A program made the position numbers and the translations under genes. Below are positions 38,814 through 48,377 of a DNA stretch of 64,000 bases, in pieces (the stretch's first letter is position 1; the number at the start of each line of letters is the position of its first letter). The stretch spans positions 124,001 to 188,000 of IMG/VR virus record IMGVR_UViG_3300035698_018317; one strand, 5' to 3'. Under the pieces are notes generated by a model. That model searched no databases. It was given only the letters and a program-made list of their open reading frames with translations, and had not been told where the DNA came from.

Positions 38814-41462
38814 TTAGCCGCATTTACTCCACCCACATGAGCAGCCTATGCAACCTTCATTTCTCATTAAATCATTTCCGCCACATTCTGGGCATTTTCC
38901 ATTTACTTTTGTACCATTCTTGATATACTTCTTCAAAGCACGAGATATCGCCTTTGAAAGACAGCATAAATCACCTTCTGATTTTTCCAACTGTTCTACA
39001 ACATAGAGGATGTCTGCTCCATGACGAAGGGATGTAGAGATAAGACGGGTAAAGATGTCTTCTTCTGGCGTTGCATCTTTTGTCACATCATCAATTGTGA
39101 AACCATCTTCTTCAAATCGTAATGAATAAACACCGCTTTTTGTTTTTGTAATAGTTCCAACTACGTTTTTCTTGGGGACAAAACCGTTTTCCATTACAAA
39201 TATTTCATATGGGTCTCCACCCAACAGCCCAACCATAACCAGATAATCAAAAGTTCTTACTTTATCCAACTTCTTAGTTACTTTGATATGGTGAATATCA
39301 CACTGAAGTACATTAGGTCTTATCGGTGCTTTCGTTTTAGAAATTTGCCCTATATCAGCGGCATGAGGGCTAATTCCAAAATATTGCTCAAGCTCCCCAT
39401 GCTCCTTCTTGGTAAAGTTTTGGTCATGAATATTCAAACCTTCCGATATCAACTTGGTTGCAAGAGATTTAAAAGGAACATAAGAAATAATTCCATACAT
39501 CTTCTTGTCAGGGAAGGCAGCTATACTTTTAACTTCTTTTTTATGTGCAGCGAGAATAAAATTATAAATATCACGCCACTTAGCACTTTCTGGGAGCATG
39601 TATGTAACAGAGATAGAAGAGTCTATATGTTTCATTACTTGCTCCATCAAGTCTAATTTATCCATTGGTTTTACAACAGTAGAGCGATGGAACTTGATTC
39701 CTAATTTTTTCAAATTATTATCTATGAATTCAGCTACAGGCTTCCCATGTTTACCGTCCCATGTGTCCTTAATAGTATCGCTTGCGATGGGGATTTCTAA
39801 ACCATGTTCTTTAAAGGCTTGTCTAACAACAGCAGGCACACAGAAATAGTATTCATAATGACCAGCAATACGTGTTCTCTTCCAGAAATAAATACCAAAA
39901 GCAGGTTCAATTCCATAAGACAAAACTAAATCTCTAAACATAAGAGATAATGTACCTGTTGGTGCAATGCTGGAACAATTGCAATTTCGCATGGTTTTGA
40001 AATCCAAACCAAGCTTCATCATTCTTTTTACAAATGGTGAAGCTTCAAATTTTTCTTTCTTGAACAAACCGAAGCTTCCTTTTTCCTTGCCTAATTCTAT
40101 TGAATACTTATAAAGATGATAATTATATCTCTTTGTGAATTCTGCAATGGCTTTATTACCTTCAGGTGTACCGTATTCAAGACCTTGTTTGAATAACCAT
40201 CCTGCGATGTTGGTATATCCAGCCCCAATACGTCTCAATTTTTCTATAGCCATTTTCTGGAATGGGGTAGCATAAGTTCCAATACGGGCTTCCATGGTGT
40301 TTACGTTATCAAGGAACCTCACTAGGGATTCGCCTACCTTTTGAAGTTGTGCCTCGTATTCTTCTGGAATAACAGAAAACGTTCCTACATTAGCTGATGA
40401 TAGAACACAAAGTGCATCTCTAGAAAGATATTGCTCTGAGCAAGCATTTGTAGAAATTATCCTGCTGTCGTATTCGTCCTTGGGGTCATAAACATAATCT
40501 GAATTAGAATATTTTCTAGCAATGTCTATATTTTGTATCCCCGGTTCGGCGAATTTAGACATATTTTTCGCTATAAGCTCAAGAAGTTGTCTAGCTTTAA
40601 CTGTCTTGATAATTTTTTCTTCTTTTCGATTTTTCCTAGCAAGATAGTAGTGCTTTTTCTTTTTCTCATCATATAAAGAATCTTTGTCCGTACTATGGAC
40701 ATCTAAGAAAACTTTTTGTCCCTTTCTAATTTCTGGGATGGTAAAGGTGAGATTCCAATCTTTGTCCTTTTCTACCGCCTTATAAAATGCTTCTGTACAA
40801 TGAACAGATATATTAGCATTTTGCATATGCGTAGTGTCTTCCTTCATCTTGATGAATTCTTCAACATCAGGATGGTCGCAAGAAAGAGAGAAAAGCATAG
40901 CAGGCACACGACCGAATTGACCAACATAATAACCAATTGAATCTATAAATTTCATCCAATGAGTAGCACCAGAAGATGTGCTTGCGGAATTTTTCACAGA
41001 TGTCCCTACAGGGCGTAGTCGAGAAAAATCAACACCTATTCCTTGACGGAATGCGGCGGCTTTAGCAACTGTATAAGCTGTATTTTTGATAATGCTTTCT
41101 AAATTGTCCCATTCTTCATCATCTCTACCGTTTCCTAAAGAGATAGTGGTGCAATTACATAAAGAAACATTTTTACCTGATGCTGCACCTTGCATAATAC
41201 TTCCTGCTGGGTGCCACCAATCTTTGTAAATTTCATCAAACCATCGCTTAGACCAATATTTTTTAAGTGCTGCTGTTTCTTCAGCAGAGGCAACAAAATC
41301 ACATACTCTTTTTATTGCTTGGACATAAGTTTCGCCTTCAAATAGAATGTATTTTTTATTAAACGCATCTATGGCGAATTGGTTACTTTTGAAATATTCG
41401 TCGGTGGTTTGGTCTTTGACAGACTCATAAGTTATAACGGTATCAACGCTCTTTTCCATCAT
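38814..41462 (-). CDS. nrdJ: Class II (B12-dependent) ribonucleotide reductase with C-terminal TSCPD/Zn-ribbon domain
   Basis: SLCNC, GIGVDFSRLRP, TNACSEQ, SIAPTGTLS, C-terminal CPECG...EGCIGCSCGWSKCG. Confidence 0.93.
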   Translation of the reverse strand: MMEKSVDTVITYESVKDQTTDEYFKSNQFAIDAFNKKYILFEGETYVQAIKRVCDFVASAEETAALKKYWSKRWFDEIYKDWWHPAGSIMQGAASGKNVSLCNCTTISLGNGRDDEEWDNLESIIKNTAYTVAKAAAFRQGIGVDFSRLRPVGTSVKNSASTSSGATHWMKFIDSIGYYVGQFGRVPAMLFSLSCDHPDVEEFIKMKEDTTHMQNANISVHCTEAFYKAVEKDKDWNLTFTIPEIRKGQKVFLDVHSTDKDSLYDEKKKKHYYLARKNRKEEKIIKTVKARQLLELIAKNMSKFAEPGIQNIDIARKYSNSDYVYDPKDEYDSRIISTNACSEQYLSRDALCVLSSANVGTFSVIPEEYEAQLQKVGESLVRFLDNVNTMEARIGTYATPFQKMAIEKLRRIGAGYTNIAGWLFKQGLEYGTPEGNKAIAEFTKRYNYHLYKYSIELGKEKGSFGLFKKEKFEASPFVKRMMKLGLDFKTMRNCNCSSIAPTGTLSLMFRDLVLSYGIEPAFGIYFWKRTRIAGHYEYYFCVPAVVRQAFKEHGLEIPIASDTIKDTWDGKHGKPVAEFIDNNLKKLGIKFHRSTVVKPMDKLDLMEQVMKHIDSSISVTYMLPESAKWRDIYNFILAAHKKEVKSIAAFPDKKMYGIISYVPFKSLATKLISEGLNIHDQNFTKKEHGELEQYFGISPHAADIGQISKTKAPIRPNVLQCDIHHIKVTKKLDKVRTFDYLVMVGLLGGDPYEIFVMENGFVPKKNVVGTITKTKSGVYSLRFEEDGFTIDDVTKDATPEEDIFTRLISTSLRHGADILYVVEQLEKSEGDLCCLSKAISRALKKYIKNGTKVNGKCPECGGNDLMRNEGCIGCSCGWSKCG

Positions 41463-41570
41463 TGTGTTTTCTTTCTTTTCTACGCTCAGGTCTTGAACTA
41501 CTTTTCAAATCAAATTATCTAACAATATTATTCCTAAAAATAATATCTAATTTAATATTAAGTTTGTTCA

Positions 41571-43559
41571 TCAAACTAAAGTTGTAAATTCGTTTTTTCT
41601 TTCCAAGTTAATAGAATCACAATCGCCTAACGCCTCTAATAAATCACGGTCATGTGTAGTCACAAACACCTTTTTGTTCTTCGATAACTGCATAATCATG
41701 TTGTATACGTTCTCTACACCTAGTGGGTCTATGTTCGTTGTAACTTCATCTAAAAACAAAATAGATGAAGCTGCTCCAGAATCTATTGTCATTATGTGAG
41801 CAAATGCTTGAGACACAGCAAGGTTAAGTCGCCTTCGTTCGCCACCTGATAAATTATGGTAAACAAATGATTCGCTTTTACTCGGAACTCTGCTAATTAT
41901 CTCATTAAATTCATTATCAAATTCTAATTTGATTTTTCCATCAATAAGGAATTGAAGCCAATAAGTAATACGAGAATTTAATGCTGGAATTATTCCATCA
42001 ATAATAAATTTTCTTATTCCGTTATCTCCGAAAGCATTGACCCAAAAATTATAATAAGGCAAGTCTTGTTCGGTTTTTTCTAGTTCAGTTTTCTTATCTT
42101 TACATTCATTTTCCTTGTCCTCTTTTTCTTTAATAGATAATAATTTTATCTCTTTGTAAGGAGAAAGTCCATCAATTTCTTTTTTCTTTACTATTGCTTG
42201 TTTCTTAAGGCTTTCAATGTCGTTATTAAGAATCTTATCGTCTGCATCTGCATCTGGTTTATTAACTTTAGACAAACGAGACATGTTAAAAGTGATACTG
42301 GTAATTATCTTAGAGTTATTTAAAGATTTCTTTGAGGCTAATTCAACAGCCTCATTTAATTTTTTTGTTTTTAAATTTATTGTTTCTAGAAGGGCTGATT
42401 TTTCTTTGGCAATTAATTTTTGAGCTTCTAGTTTTTCTTTCTCTTTGTCAATGATTTTTTCAGATTCTATTGTGAGATGTTCATAATTTTCTTTTTTAAC
42501 AATTCCAAGACACGTTGGGCATTTCTTACCTTTTTTATTTTCATAATCAGATATGGTCTTCTCATTTTTTCTAATTGTAGATGAGAAATCTGCCATGTTA
42601 GATTGTGCCTTATTTAAAGCAGAATCCAATTCATATTTCTTGGCAAGCTCTTCATCTAATTGCCCTTGAACCGTTTCTTTTATCTTGTTTATTTGCTCAA
42701 TCTCAGATTGACGCAGAGACATCTTTTCTTCTAATTCTTTCAACTCTTCTTGTGCTTCGTTGTACTTAATAAGAGCAGCCCCAGAATTACTATTTCTGAG
42801 AGATATAGTTTTAGTTTTAATAAGATTGATTAATTCAGCAAGTTCTTCTTCTTTATTGTTTTTCCATTCTTCTTCTTGTTGTTTTATTTTCTCAATACGA
42901 GTTTCGCATGAATTTAATTGGGAAAGAAAACTGGAATATTGTTCAGAAATTAGTTTTATTTTTTCTTTGTATTTGCTCTTTATTTTCTTGGCTTTATCTG
43001 AATACTCCCGATAAGAACCTAAAGATAACAAGTTATCAATAATTTGTCTTTTCGTTGGGGTATCGCTCTCTAGGAAACACCCACTGTTGTTATCCCTGAA
43101 TATAACAGTATTTACAAACGTTTCATACGAGAGGCCGATAATGTCTTGAATCGCTTTCTGGGTATCGGTCATGCTCCCACGAGTCTTTTCATTATTTTCA
43201 TCCCATATATGGTCTTTACTTTCCCACAACTTAAGCTTGTTGGGCTTTCTACTTCGAACTATTCGATAGTTATCCCATATAATTTCTACTTCTAAATCCT
43301 TACATATTGTAAGATTTATTATCTTATCATTTGTAAGTTTTTTAATAGTTTTTCCATACAAAGCATAAACAAGTATTTCAGGTATGCTTGACTTTCCAAC
43401 TCCATTTGAAGATGCGTGTCCTTCATCATCTAAAATATCTTTATTCTTACCACGAACAAGAATTATATTCCCGTATGATTTTAAATCAATTTCGATTCCC
43501 TCTGGGCCGAAACATAAGAAATTCTTTGCCCGAATATATTGAAAGTCTAAATTCTTCAT
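41571..43559 (-). CDS. gp46: SbcC/Rad50/T4 gp46-like ATPase
   Basis: SNGVGKSS, CPTC zinc hook, LSGGE, LFLDE, TTH. Confidence 0.95.
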   Translation of the reverse strand: MKNLDFQYIRAKNFLCFGPEGIEIDLKSYGNIILVRGKNKDILDDEGHASSNGVGKSSIPEILVYALYGKTIKKLTNDKIINLTICKDLEVEIIWDNYRIVRSRKPNKLKLWESKDHIWDENNEKTRGSMTDTQKAIQDIIGLSYETFVNTVIFRDNNSGCFLESDTPTKRQIIDNLLSLGSYREYSDKAKKIKSKYKEKIKLISEQYSSFLSQLNSCETRIEKIKQQEEEWKNNKEEELAELINLIKTKTISLRNSNSGAALIKYNEAQEELKELEEKMSLRQSEIEQINKIKETVQGQLDEELAKKYELDSALNKAQSNMADFSSTIRKNEKTISDYENKKGKKCPTCLGIVKKENYEHLTIESEKIIDKEKEKLEAQKLIAKEKSALLETINLKTKKLNEAVELASKKSLNNSKIITSITFNMSRLSKVNKPDADADDKILNNDIESLKKQAIVKKKEIDGLSPYKEIKLLSIKEKEDKENECKDKKTELEKTEQDLPYYNFWVNAFGDNGIRKFIIDGIIPALNSRITYWLQFLIDGKIKLEFDNEFNEIISRVPSKSESFVYHNLSGGERRRLNLAVSQAFAHIMTIDSGAASSILFLDEVTTNIDPLGVENVYNMIMQLSKNKKVFVTTHDRDLLEALGDCDSINLERKNEFTTLV

Positions 43560-43999
43560 TAAAAAGCCTTATCGTGTTTATAGGGTCTGGTTTTATTGTA
43601 ATTATGTTTGGCTAATATCGCCTCTGGAAGATTTAATTTCTTTTGAATTGAAAAATCCATAATTCGAATAACAGCATCAGCTAGTTCTGCTTCTAAGTTG
43701 GTAAATTCTGGAATCTTATCATCTGGGGGATTGCCATGTCTTATGGCCTCTAATGCTTCGCTTAATTCTGAATGCATAAGAGCTATTTTTGTCCCGTCAT
43801 CTGGGTCATCTTCCCAAAATCCATGGTCTATTGCGGTTTCATTAGTCAACTTGGCAACGTGGGAAAAACCCTGCATGAAGAATTGCAGTTGGCTTTTTTC
43901 CCGAATATCTGCGAGTTTCATTTCATCTTCAGGAGTATTGTGATGACCACAGCTACATTTTTTATTTTTCATTTTTATCCTCGCATATATTATGCCCAA
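43559..43999 (-). CDS. MazG-like nucleotide pyrophosphohydrolase (likely start 43972)
   Basis: KIALMHSELSEALEA...ELADAVIRIMD...KHNYNKTRPYKH. Confidence 0.85.
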   Translation of the reverse strand: MGIIYARIKMKNKKCSCGHHNTPEDEMKLADIREKSQLQFFMQGFSHVAKLTNETAIDHGFWEDDPDDGTKIALMHSELSEALEAIRHGNPPDDKIPEFTNLEAELADAVIRIMDFSIQKKLNLPEAILAKHNYNKTRPYKHDKAF

Positions 44000-45032
44000 T
44001 TTTTAACAATTTTTCTTTATCGAGGCCATCAAGAGAGTCTGCCTCGTTTTTAACTTCGATATATTTTTCTAACATTTCTGATTCTTTGTAGAGAATAGCT
44101 TTAGCATTTATTACGAGGTCTTCTTCCTCTTCTTTGTCGGCTTGTTTAAACTCTAAAGTCCCTACACTATTTTTATTTAATATTTCACTTCTCAATTCAA
44201 CGATATCAGAAGATGTTAAATCATCCATAATGACTTGAACAAAATTGCCATTTAAATCATATTTGTCTATGTCTTTCTGAGGAATGATAAAGTGTTGGGG
44301 GCTAAAATCGTTTCTTACGTATTCTCTTTCTTGTGTTTCCAAGTCATATACAAGTAGCTCTTTATGAGTAAAAGCTTCTCCAAAACTTAACTGAAGTGGG
44401 GAGCCAATATATTCAATATTTGGCTTGATAGTTTGTTTGGCATGATAATGACCAAGAAATACTTGGTCCCAATTTTTGAATATATCCGGGGTCATTTTGT
44501 CCATGTATCCATCATGTTCGACAGAAACATTAGAATGAACGCCAGCCCTAACATTAAGTAATGCTCCATCTATAGCACAATGGCCACATAATATCTTATG
44601 TTTAGAGTCATTTTTAATTTCAGTGATATCTTCACCGGGATTAGATGTATAGGGAAGGAAGCTAATTGGATATTCACCTACTTGTAAGGTACAGGGACGG
44701 TTTATAACGACCGCATTAGGAAGGCTTTTAAGGGGATAGACACTACTCACATCCCATTTATTTAAATGCCATATATCATGATTGCCCAATAAAAAATAGA
44801 CATGCACAGACCCATCCATATATTTTTCAAATATTTCGAAAGACTTTTGATAGGTGTATACGTCTATTTTTTGTTTTTCGTGAAATAAATCACCAAGAAG
44901 CAAAATGTGTTTAATTTTCTTTTCTTTTGCTGTTTCAAATATCCAAGTAAGTGCATCTAAACAATTTTGAAGACGACTATAACTCTTTTTGTGTGGATAT
45001 AGATGTAAGTCAGCAGATAACAATACTTTCAT
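43962..45032 (-). CDS. gp47: SbcD/Mre11/T4 gp47-like nuclease
   Basis: ADLH, LGDLFH, LGNHD, GHYH, YIGSP. Confidence 0.95.
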   Translation of the reverse strand: MKVLLSADLHLYPHKKSYSRLQNCLDALTWIFETAKEKKIKHILLLGDLFHEKQKIDVYTYQKSFEIFEKYMDGSVHVYFLLGNHDIWHLNKWDVSSVYPLKSLPNAVVINRPCTLQVGEYPISFLPYTSNPGEDITEIKNDSKHKILCGHCAIDGALLNVRAGVHSNVSVEHDGYMDKMTPDIFKNWDQVFLGHYHAKQTIKPNIEYIGSPLQLSFGEAFTHKELLVYDLETQEREYVRNDFSPQHFIIPQKDIDKYDLNGNFVQVIMDDLTSSDIVELRSEILNKNSVGTLEFKQADKEEEEDLVINAKAILYKESEMLEKYIEVKNEADSLDGLDKEKLLKIGHNICEDKNEK

Positions 45033-45073
45033 AACAACCTCTATTGAGCGGATAACTCAATAGAGCCATCCGA

Positions 45074-45538
45074 CTACATCATTGGTGGGGGAGGGGCCGC
45101 AGCGGGGGGCATTCCCGGCTGTTGAGGCGGCTGTTGTTGTGGTTGAATTGGTGGTGGAGGTTGTTGTGGTTGTGGGGGTTGTTGTTGCTGTTGCATAGAA
45201 TCTACCATATTTGGGTCGGCTTCGCCAGCTTTTTCTTCTGGATTTACAGGTTTCCCTGAAAGTATTTTTTCTATTACTTCCCAAACGTTAGTAGCTTTGA
45301 ATTCTGCGGCTGGTTCTGGTTGTCCCGGTTGTGGTTGACCACCCATCGGGTCCATGCCGCCCATTGGAGGAGCACCGCCACCCATCGGGGGAGCACCACC
45401 ACCCATTGGAGGAGCACCACCCATTGGAGGGGCACCACCCATTGGGTCCATTCCACCGCCGCCCATTGGAGGAGCACCGCCGCCCATTGGAGGAGCTTGC
45501 GGGTCTTGTTCTATGATAAAATCTTCGAAAGTTTTCAT
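45074..45538 (-). CDS. Low-complexity putative head-internal protein (MKTFEDFIIEQ; PPMGG repeats)
   Basis: ORF track; capsid-targeting-like start. Confidence 0.75.
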   Translation of the reverse strand: MKTFEDFIIEQDPQAPPMGGGAPPMGGGGMDPMGGAPPMGGAPPMGGGAPPMGGGAPPMGGMDPMGGQPQPGQPEPAAEFKATNVWEVIEKILSGKPVNPEEKAGEADPNMVDSMQQQQQPPQPQQPPPPIQPQQQPPQQPGMPPAAAPPPPMM

Positions 45539-45682
45539 TACAATATATATAGTGATTCTAGTTCACAAAGAAAAACAAGTTTTTTCTTGTTTTTTCATTA
45601 AAAATATTCTATATTACTTACAGTGGTAGATACGCTACCGAAGATTGCAGCAAAAGGCTGCGTAGAAGAAGGAAAACAAAAT

Positions 45683-46612
45683 ATGTACGAAGAAAAAATT
45701 GCTAGTGCTATTGCGCTCATAGCGGAACACAACGAAGCCATTGGAAAAGATGACGATGGCAATCCAAATCCGGGGTATATAGACCCCACAGATTTCACAA
45801 CATGCTTAAAGGCATCAGGTGGAACTTCCGAAGAAAGACTTAAAGGGTTCTCTTATGAGGATATTTTAACCTGTCTTCCAAAAGTCAAAACACCATCTGG
45901 TATAGAGGCATTTCCTCGTGTTGTGGCTAAAGAAATTGCAAAAATATTTCGAGGTGGCGAAAAAGTTGAAAATCGTCCTATTAGTCGCAGAAGAACAGAA
46001 CGTATGACTTTAAGGGAATTAGTCGAGAGTTTCGACCCAGAAGAACACACATCTGCAATTGCCAAAAGACTTTATGAAATTTCCAACGGGCAAGCTTTTA
46101 TTGTATTTGAAAATGGTCGTGTTGTAGATGTAGACACCACCATGAAGCTACTGTTGGAAATTAAACAAGGTCATAAAGGAAGGGCAAACATAAAGGTAAA
46201 TGACAAAATAAAAAGAGTCCATAAAATAGGACAATTACCTGATAATTATGCTGTTGAAAACCCATTATACCCACGCCGTCCATTGCGACCCGACGGAACT
46301 TGTGACCAAACAGGACGCTCATGGGAAGGAGTTACTTTAGAAATAATGCAACTTGTTAGACTTGCAATAACAACAGGAGAATTAAAAGTAAACTTAGAAA
46401 TGGCCCATAATACATTGGATATGGCTATGGGTGAAGGTGCCGAAGAAAAGCTTAGAGATAGATATAGAGATGCTTCTGTTCTGTTCGATGAAAAACCAGA
46501 TGATAGACCTAAATTGAAAATTTCATTAAACGGAAACTCTAAAGGAAATCCTTTAAAAGAAGGTCGCCCCGTAAGATGGAAAAAAGAAGGCAATGCGTAT
46601 CGTTCACTATAA
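45683..46612 (+). CDS. Hypothetical protein (ATG start MYEEK preferred)
   Basis: AAGGA SD before 45683. Confidence 0.7.
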   Translation: MYEEKIASAIALIAEHNEAIGKDDDGNPNPGYIDPTDFTTCLKASGGTSEERLKGFSYEDILTCLPKVKTPSGIEAFPRVVAKEIAKIFRGGEKVENRPISRRRTERMTLRELVESFDPEEHTSAIAKRLYEISNGQAFIVFENGRVVDVDTTMKLLLEIKQGHKGRANIKVNDKIKRVHKIGQLPDNYAVENPLYPRRPLRPDGTCDQTGRSWEGVTLEIMQLVRLAITTGELKVNLEMAHNTLDMAMGEGAEEKLRDRYRDASVLFDEKPDDRPKLKISLNGNSKGNPLKEGRPVRWKKEGNAYRSL

Positions 46613-46630
46613 AACAATAAAGGATAAAAA

Positions 46631-47425
46631 ATGTCAAAAGAAAAAAAGAAATTATATGTAGCAATTGTGTTGGATAAGTCTGGTTCTATGTGGAAAACAA
46701 GAGAAGCTGCCATTATAGGATACAATGAACAAGTTCAACAGTTAAAAATAAATGAAGATGATTTAGAAACAGAAGTTTGTTTGGTAACGTTTAATGGACA
46801 AGTTTTTGAACATCTATGGTGCGTCCCTACTGATGACTTGACAGAAATAGGTGATGATGATTATAAACCATTGGGTGCCACGGCTCTGCGAGATGCCATG
46901 GGATATACAATCAAAAAACTCATGGACACTACAGACTACGAAGATGAAAATAATGCCTATCTCGTTATTGCCATTTCCGATGGTGATACCATGAGTGATA
47001 AACATTACAGTGTTGGTGCTTTAAAAGAATTAATCGAAGGCTGTCAAGCAACGAAACAATGGACGTTCACCCACATGGGATGTAATGAGAATTATCTGAA
47101 AGAAATGGCAAAAGAAACCGGAATTCCAGTGGCTAATTATGCTGCATGGGATAATACATCTCTTGATTCTACGAGGGGTGGAATGAAGAGAGCGACCGCA
47201 AGAACACAACTATATCGTAAAAGCATCGCTGGAGGGCAATGTTGTTCATCAAACTTTATGTCAGATGTGGACAACCAAGTTGCTGATTTCACGAAAGTAG
47301 ATGATATAGATTTAATCGCAAAGAATGTTGATGTTGCATCAATCCCAAAACCCTCAACGACAACTAAAGCTAGAACAGTTTTCTGCGAAGCTAAAGCTGT
47401 TGAGTGGCCCCAAGAAGATAATTAA
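46631..47425 (+). CDS. von Willebrand factor A domain protein
   Basis: MIDAS DKSGS, GATALRDAMG, ISDG. Confidence 0.9.
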   Translation: MSKEKKKLYVAIVLDKSGSMWKTREAAIIGYNEQVQQLKINEDDLETEVCLVTFNGQVFEHLWCVPTDDLTEIGDDDYKPLGATALRDAMGYTIKKLMDTTDYEDENNAYLVIAISDGDTMSDKHYSVGALKELIEGCQATKQWTFTHMGCNENYLKEMAKETGIPVANYAAWDNTSLDSTRGGMKRATARTQLYRKSIAGGQCCSSNFMSDVDNQVADFTKVDDIDLIAKNVDVASIPKPSTTTKARTVFCEAKAVEWPQEDN

Positions 47426-47441
47426 GATGTATAGATAAAGA

Positions 47442-47645
47442 GTGGGTTACAATAATTACAAACAGACTGACCGCAGTAAGTGCGAAGGTTGTATGGTTCC
47501 GTGGGAAACTTATACGGGATTTGGGATGTGCGGAAATAGAAATGGCCAATGCCCTTCGGGGCTAAGCTATCTATCGAAAGAAGATGAGGAATTGCGGCAA
47601 AAAGCCCTGTTTGAAAGTTACGCATATAAAAAAAATCCACTGTAA
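47442..47645 (+). CDS. Small Cys-rich protein
   Basis: ORF track. Confidence 0.55.
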   Translation: MGYNNYKQTDRSKCEGCMVPWETYTGFGMCGNRNGQCPSGLSYLSKEDEELRQKALFESYAYKKNPL

Positions 47646-47658
47646 TCCGATTTTTATG

Positions 47659-47687
47659 TTTACAAACTAGAACGGATGCACTATTAT
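47659..47687 (+). promoter_or_regulatory. sigma70-type promoter of the leader/tRNA operon
   Basis: TTTACA-17 nt-TATTAT. Confidence 0.7.
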
Positions 47688-47710
47688 ACGTTAGAAGTAG
47701 GAAAAGAAAC

Positions 47711-47797
47711 ATGAACACGAATACGTTTTATTTTAGTCTAAGCTTATTATCCTCATCGCTGCTCTTGAGCAACGATAAAGGAACTGCTGTGGACTAA
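47711..47797 (+). CDS. Putative attenuator leader peptide MNTNTFYFSLSLLSSSLLLSNDKGTAVD
   Basis: AGGA SD; 15 consecutive F/Y/S/L codons at 47726-47770; lies between promoter and terminator. Confidence 0.75.
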   Translation: MNTNTFYFSLSLLSSSLLLSNDKGTAVD

Positions 47798-47821
47798 GGT
47801 ACAAAACACCTAGAGACGGGC

Positions 47822-47857
47822 AAAAGCCCCGAACCACAACGGTTCGGGGCTTTTTTT
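47822..47857 (+). terminator. Intrinsic terminator (attenuator) just before the first tRNA
   Basis: AAAAGCCCCGAACC-ACAAC-GGTTCGGGGCTTTT plus T7. Confidence 0.9.
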
Positions 47858-47868
47858 GTTGTATTTTT

Positions 47869-47957
47869 GGAAAATAGGCAGATATTGGCTTGCTGCGCTG
47901 GTTTGCTAAACCAGTTGGCCTGAAAGGGTCATGAGGGTTCGAATCCCTTGTTTTCCG
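47869..47957 (+). tRNA. trnS: tRNA-Ser(GCT)
   Basis: CTGGT-TT GCT AA-ACCAG; long variable arm; GGTTCGAATCC. Confidence 0.95.
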
Positions 47958-47960
47958 TTT

Positions 47961-48048
47961 GGAAAGTAGCCGAATATTGGTTTGTCGGGCTAGTTTCGAA
48001 AACTAGTTGGCCTTCGGGTCATAAGGGTTCGATTCCTCTTACTTTCCG
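47961..48048 (+). tRNA. trnS: tRNA-Ser(CGA)
   Basis: CTAGT-TT CGA AA-ACTAG; long variable arm. Confidence 0.95.
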
Positions 48049-48117
48049 TGGTGACGATTGCCAATGCAACGCTAGGTTGCATTAGTTTAAATAAATTTAA
48101 AAGTGAATATTGCCATC

Positions 48118-48189
48118 GGGCGGTTAACACTGTGGTCAGTGTGCTGGATTGAAGTCCCAGAAAAGTTGGTTCGATACCATCACCGCCCA
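48118..48189 (+). tRNA. Atypical tRNA, anticodon GAA (Phe-like)
   Basis: GGGCGGT/ACCGCCC acceptor; A31-C39 mismatch; loop TT GAA GT; T-stem mismatch. Confidence 0.7.
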
Positions 48190-48207
48190 TTTTATGTACA
48201 CTCCAAC

Positions 48208-48281
48208 GGTGGTTAGAGTGTGACGGTAGCACGGGTGAGCCTGAAACTCATCAAGAATGGGTTCGATTCCCATAACCACCA
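48208..48281 (+). tRNA. Atypical tRNA, loop CC TGA AA, short variable loop
   Basis: GGTGGTT/AACCACC acceptor; GTGAG/CTCAT stem; C at position 33. Confidence 0.65.
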
Positions 48282-48287
48282 TTAGTC

Positions 48288-48362
48288 GGAGCTTTGGTAC
48301 TGGTCTGGTGACAGTGTGCGCCTGAAGAGCGTAAAAGTTCGGTTCGATTCCGAAAGGCTCCA
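48288..48362 (+). tRNA. Atypical tRNA-Phe(GAA) with G37 and enlarged D-loop
   Basis: GGAGCTT/AGGCTCC; TGCGC-CT GAA GA-GCGTA. Confidence 0.75.
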
Positions 48363-48377
48363 TTTAGTTGTAAAAAC

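Noticed and set aside
40432-40452. RNR motif NACSE instead of NPCxE as inactivation
   Set aside because: Catalytic Asn, Cys and Glu are retained, so this is a minor variant
45331-45495. GC-rich tandem repeats as array or DGR
   Set aside because: Coding PPMGG repeats; no spacers, reverse transcriptase or template/variable pair seen
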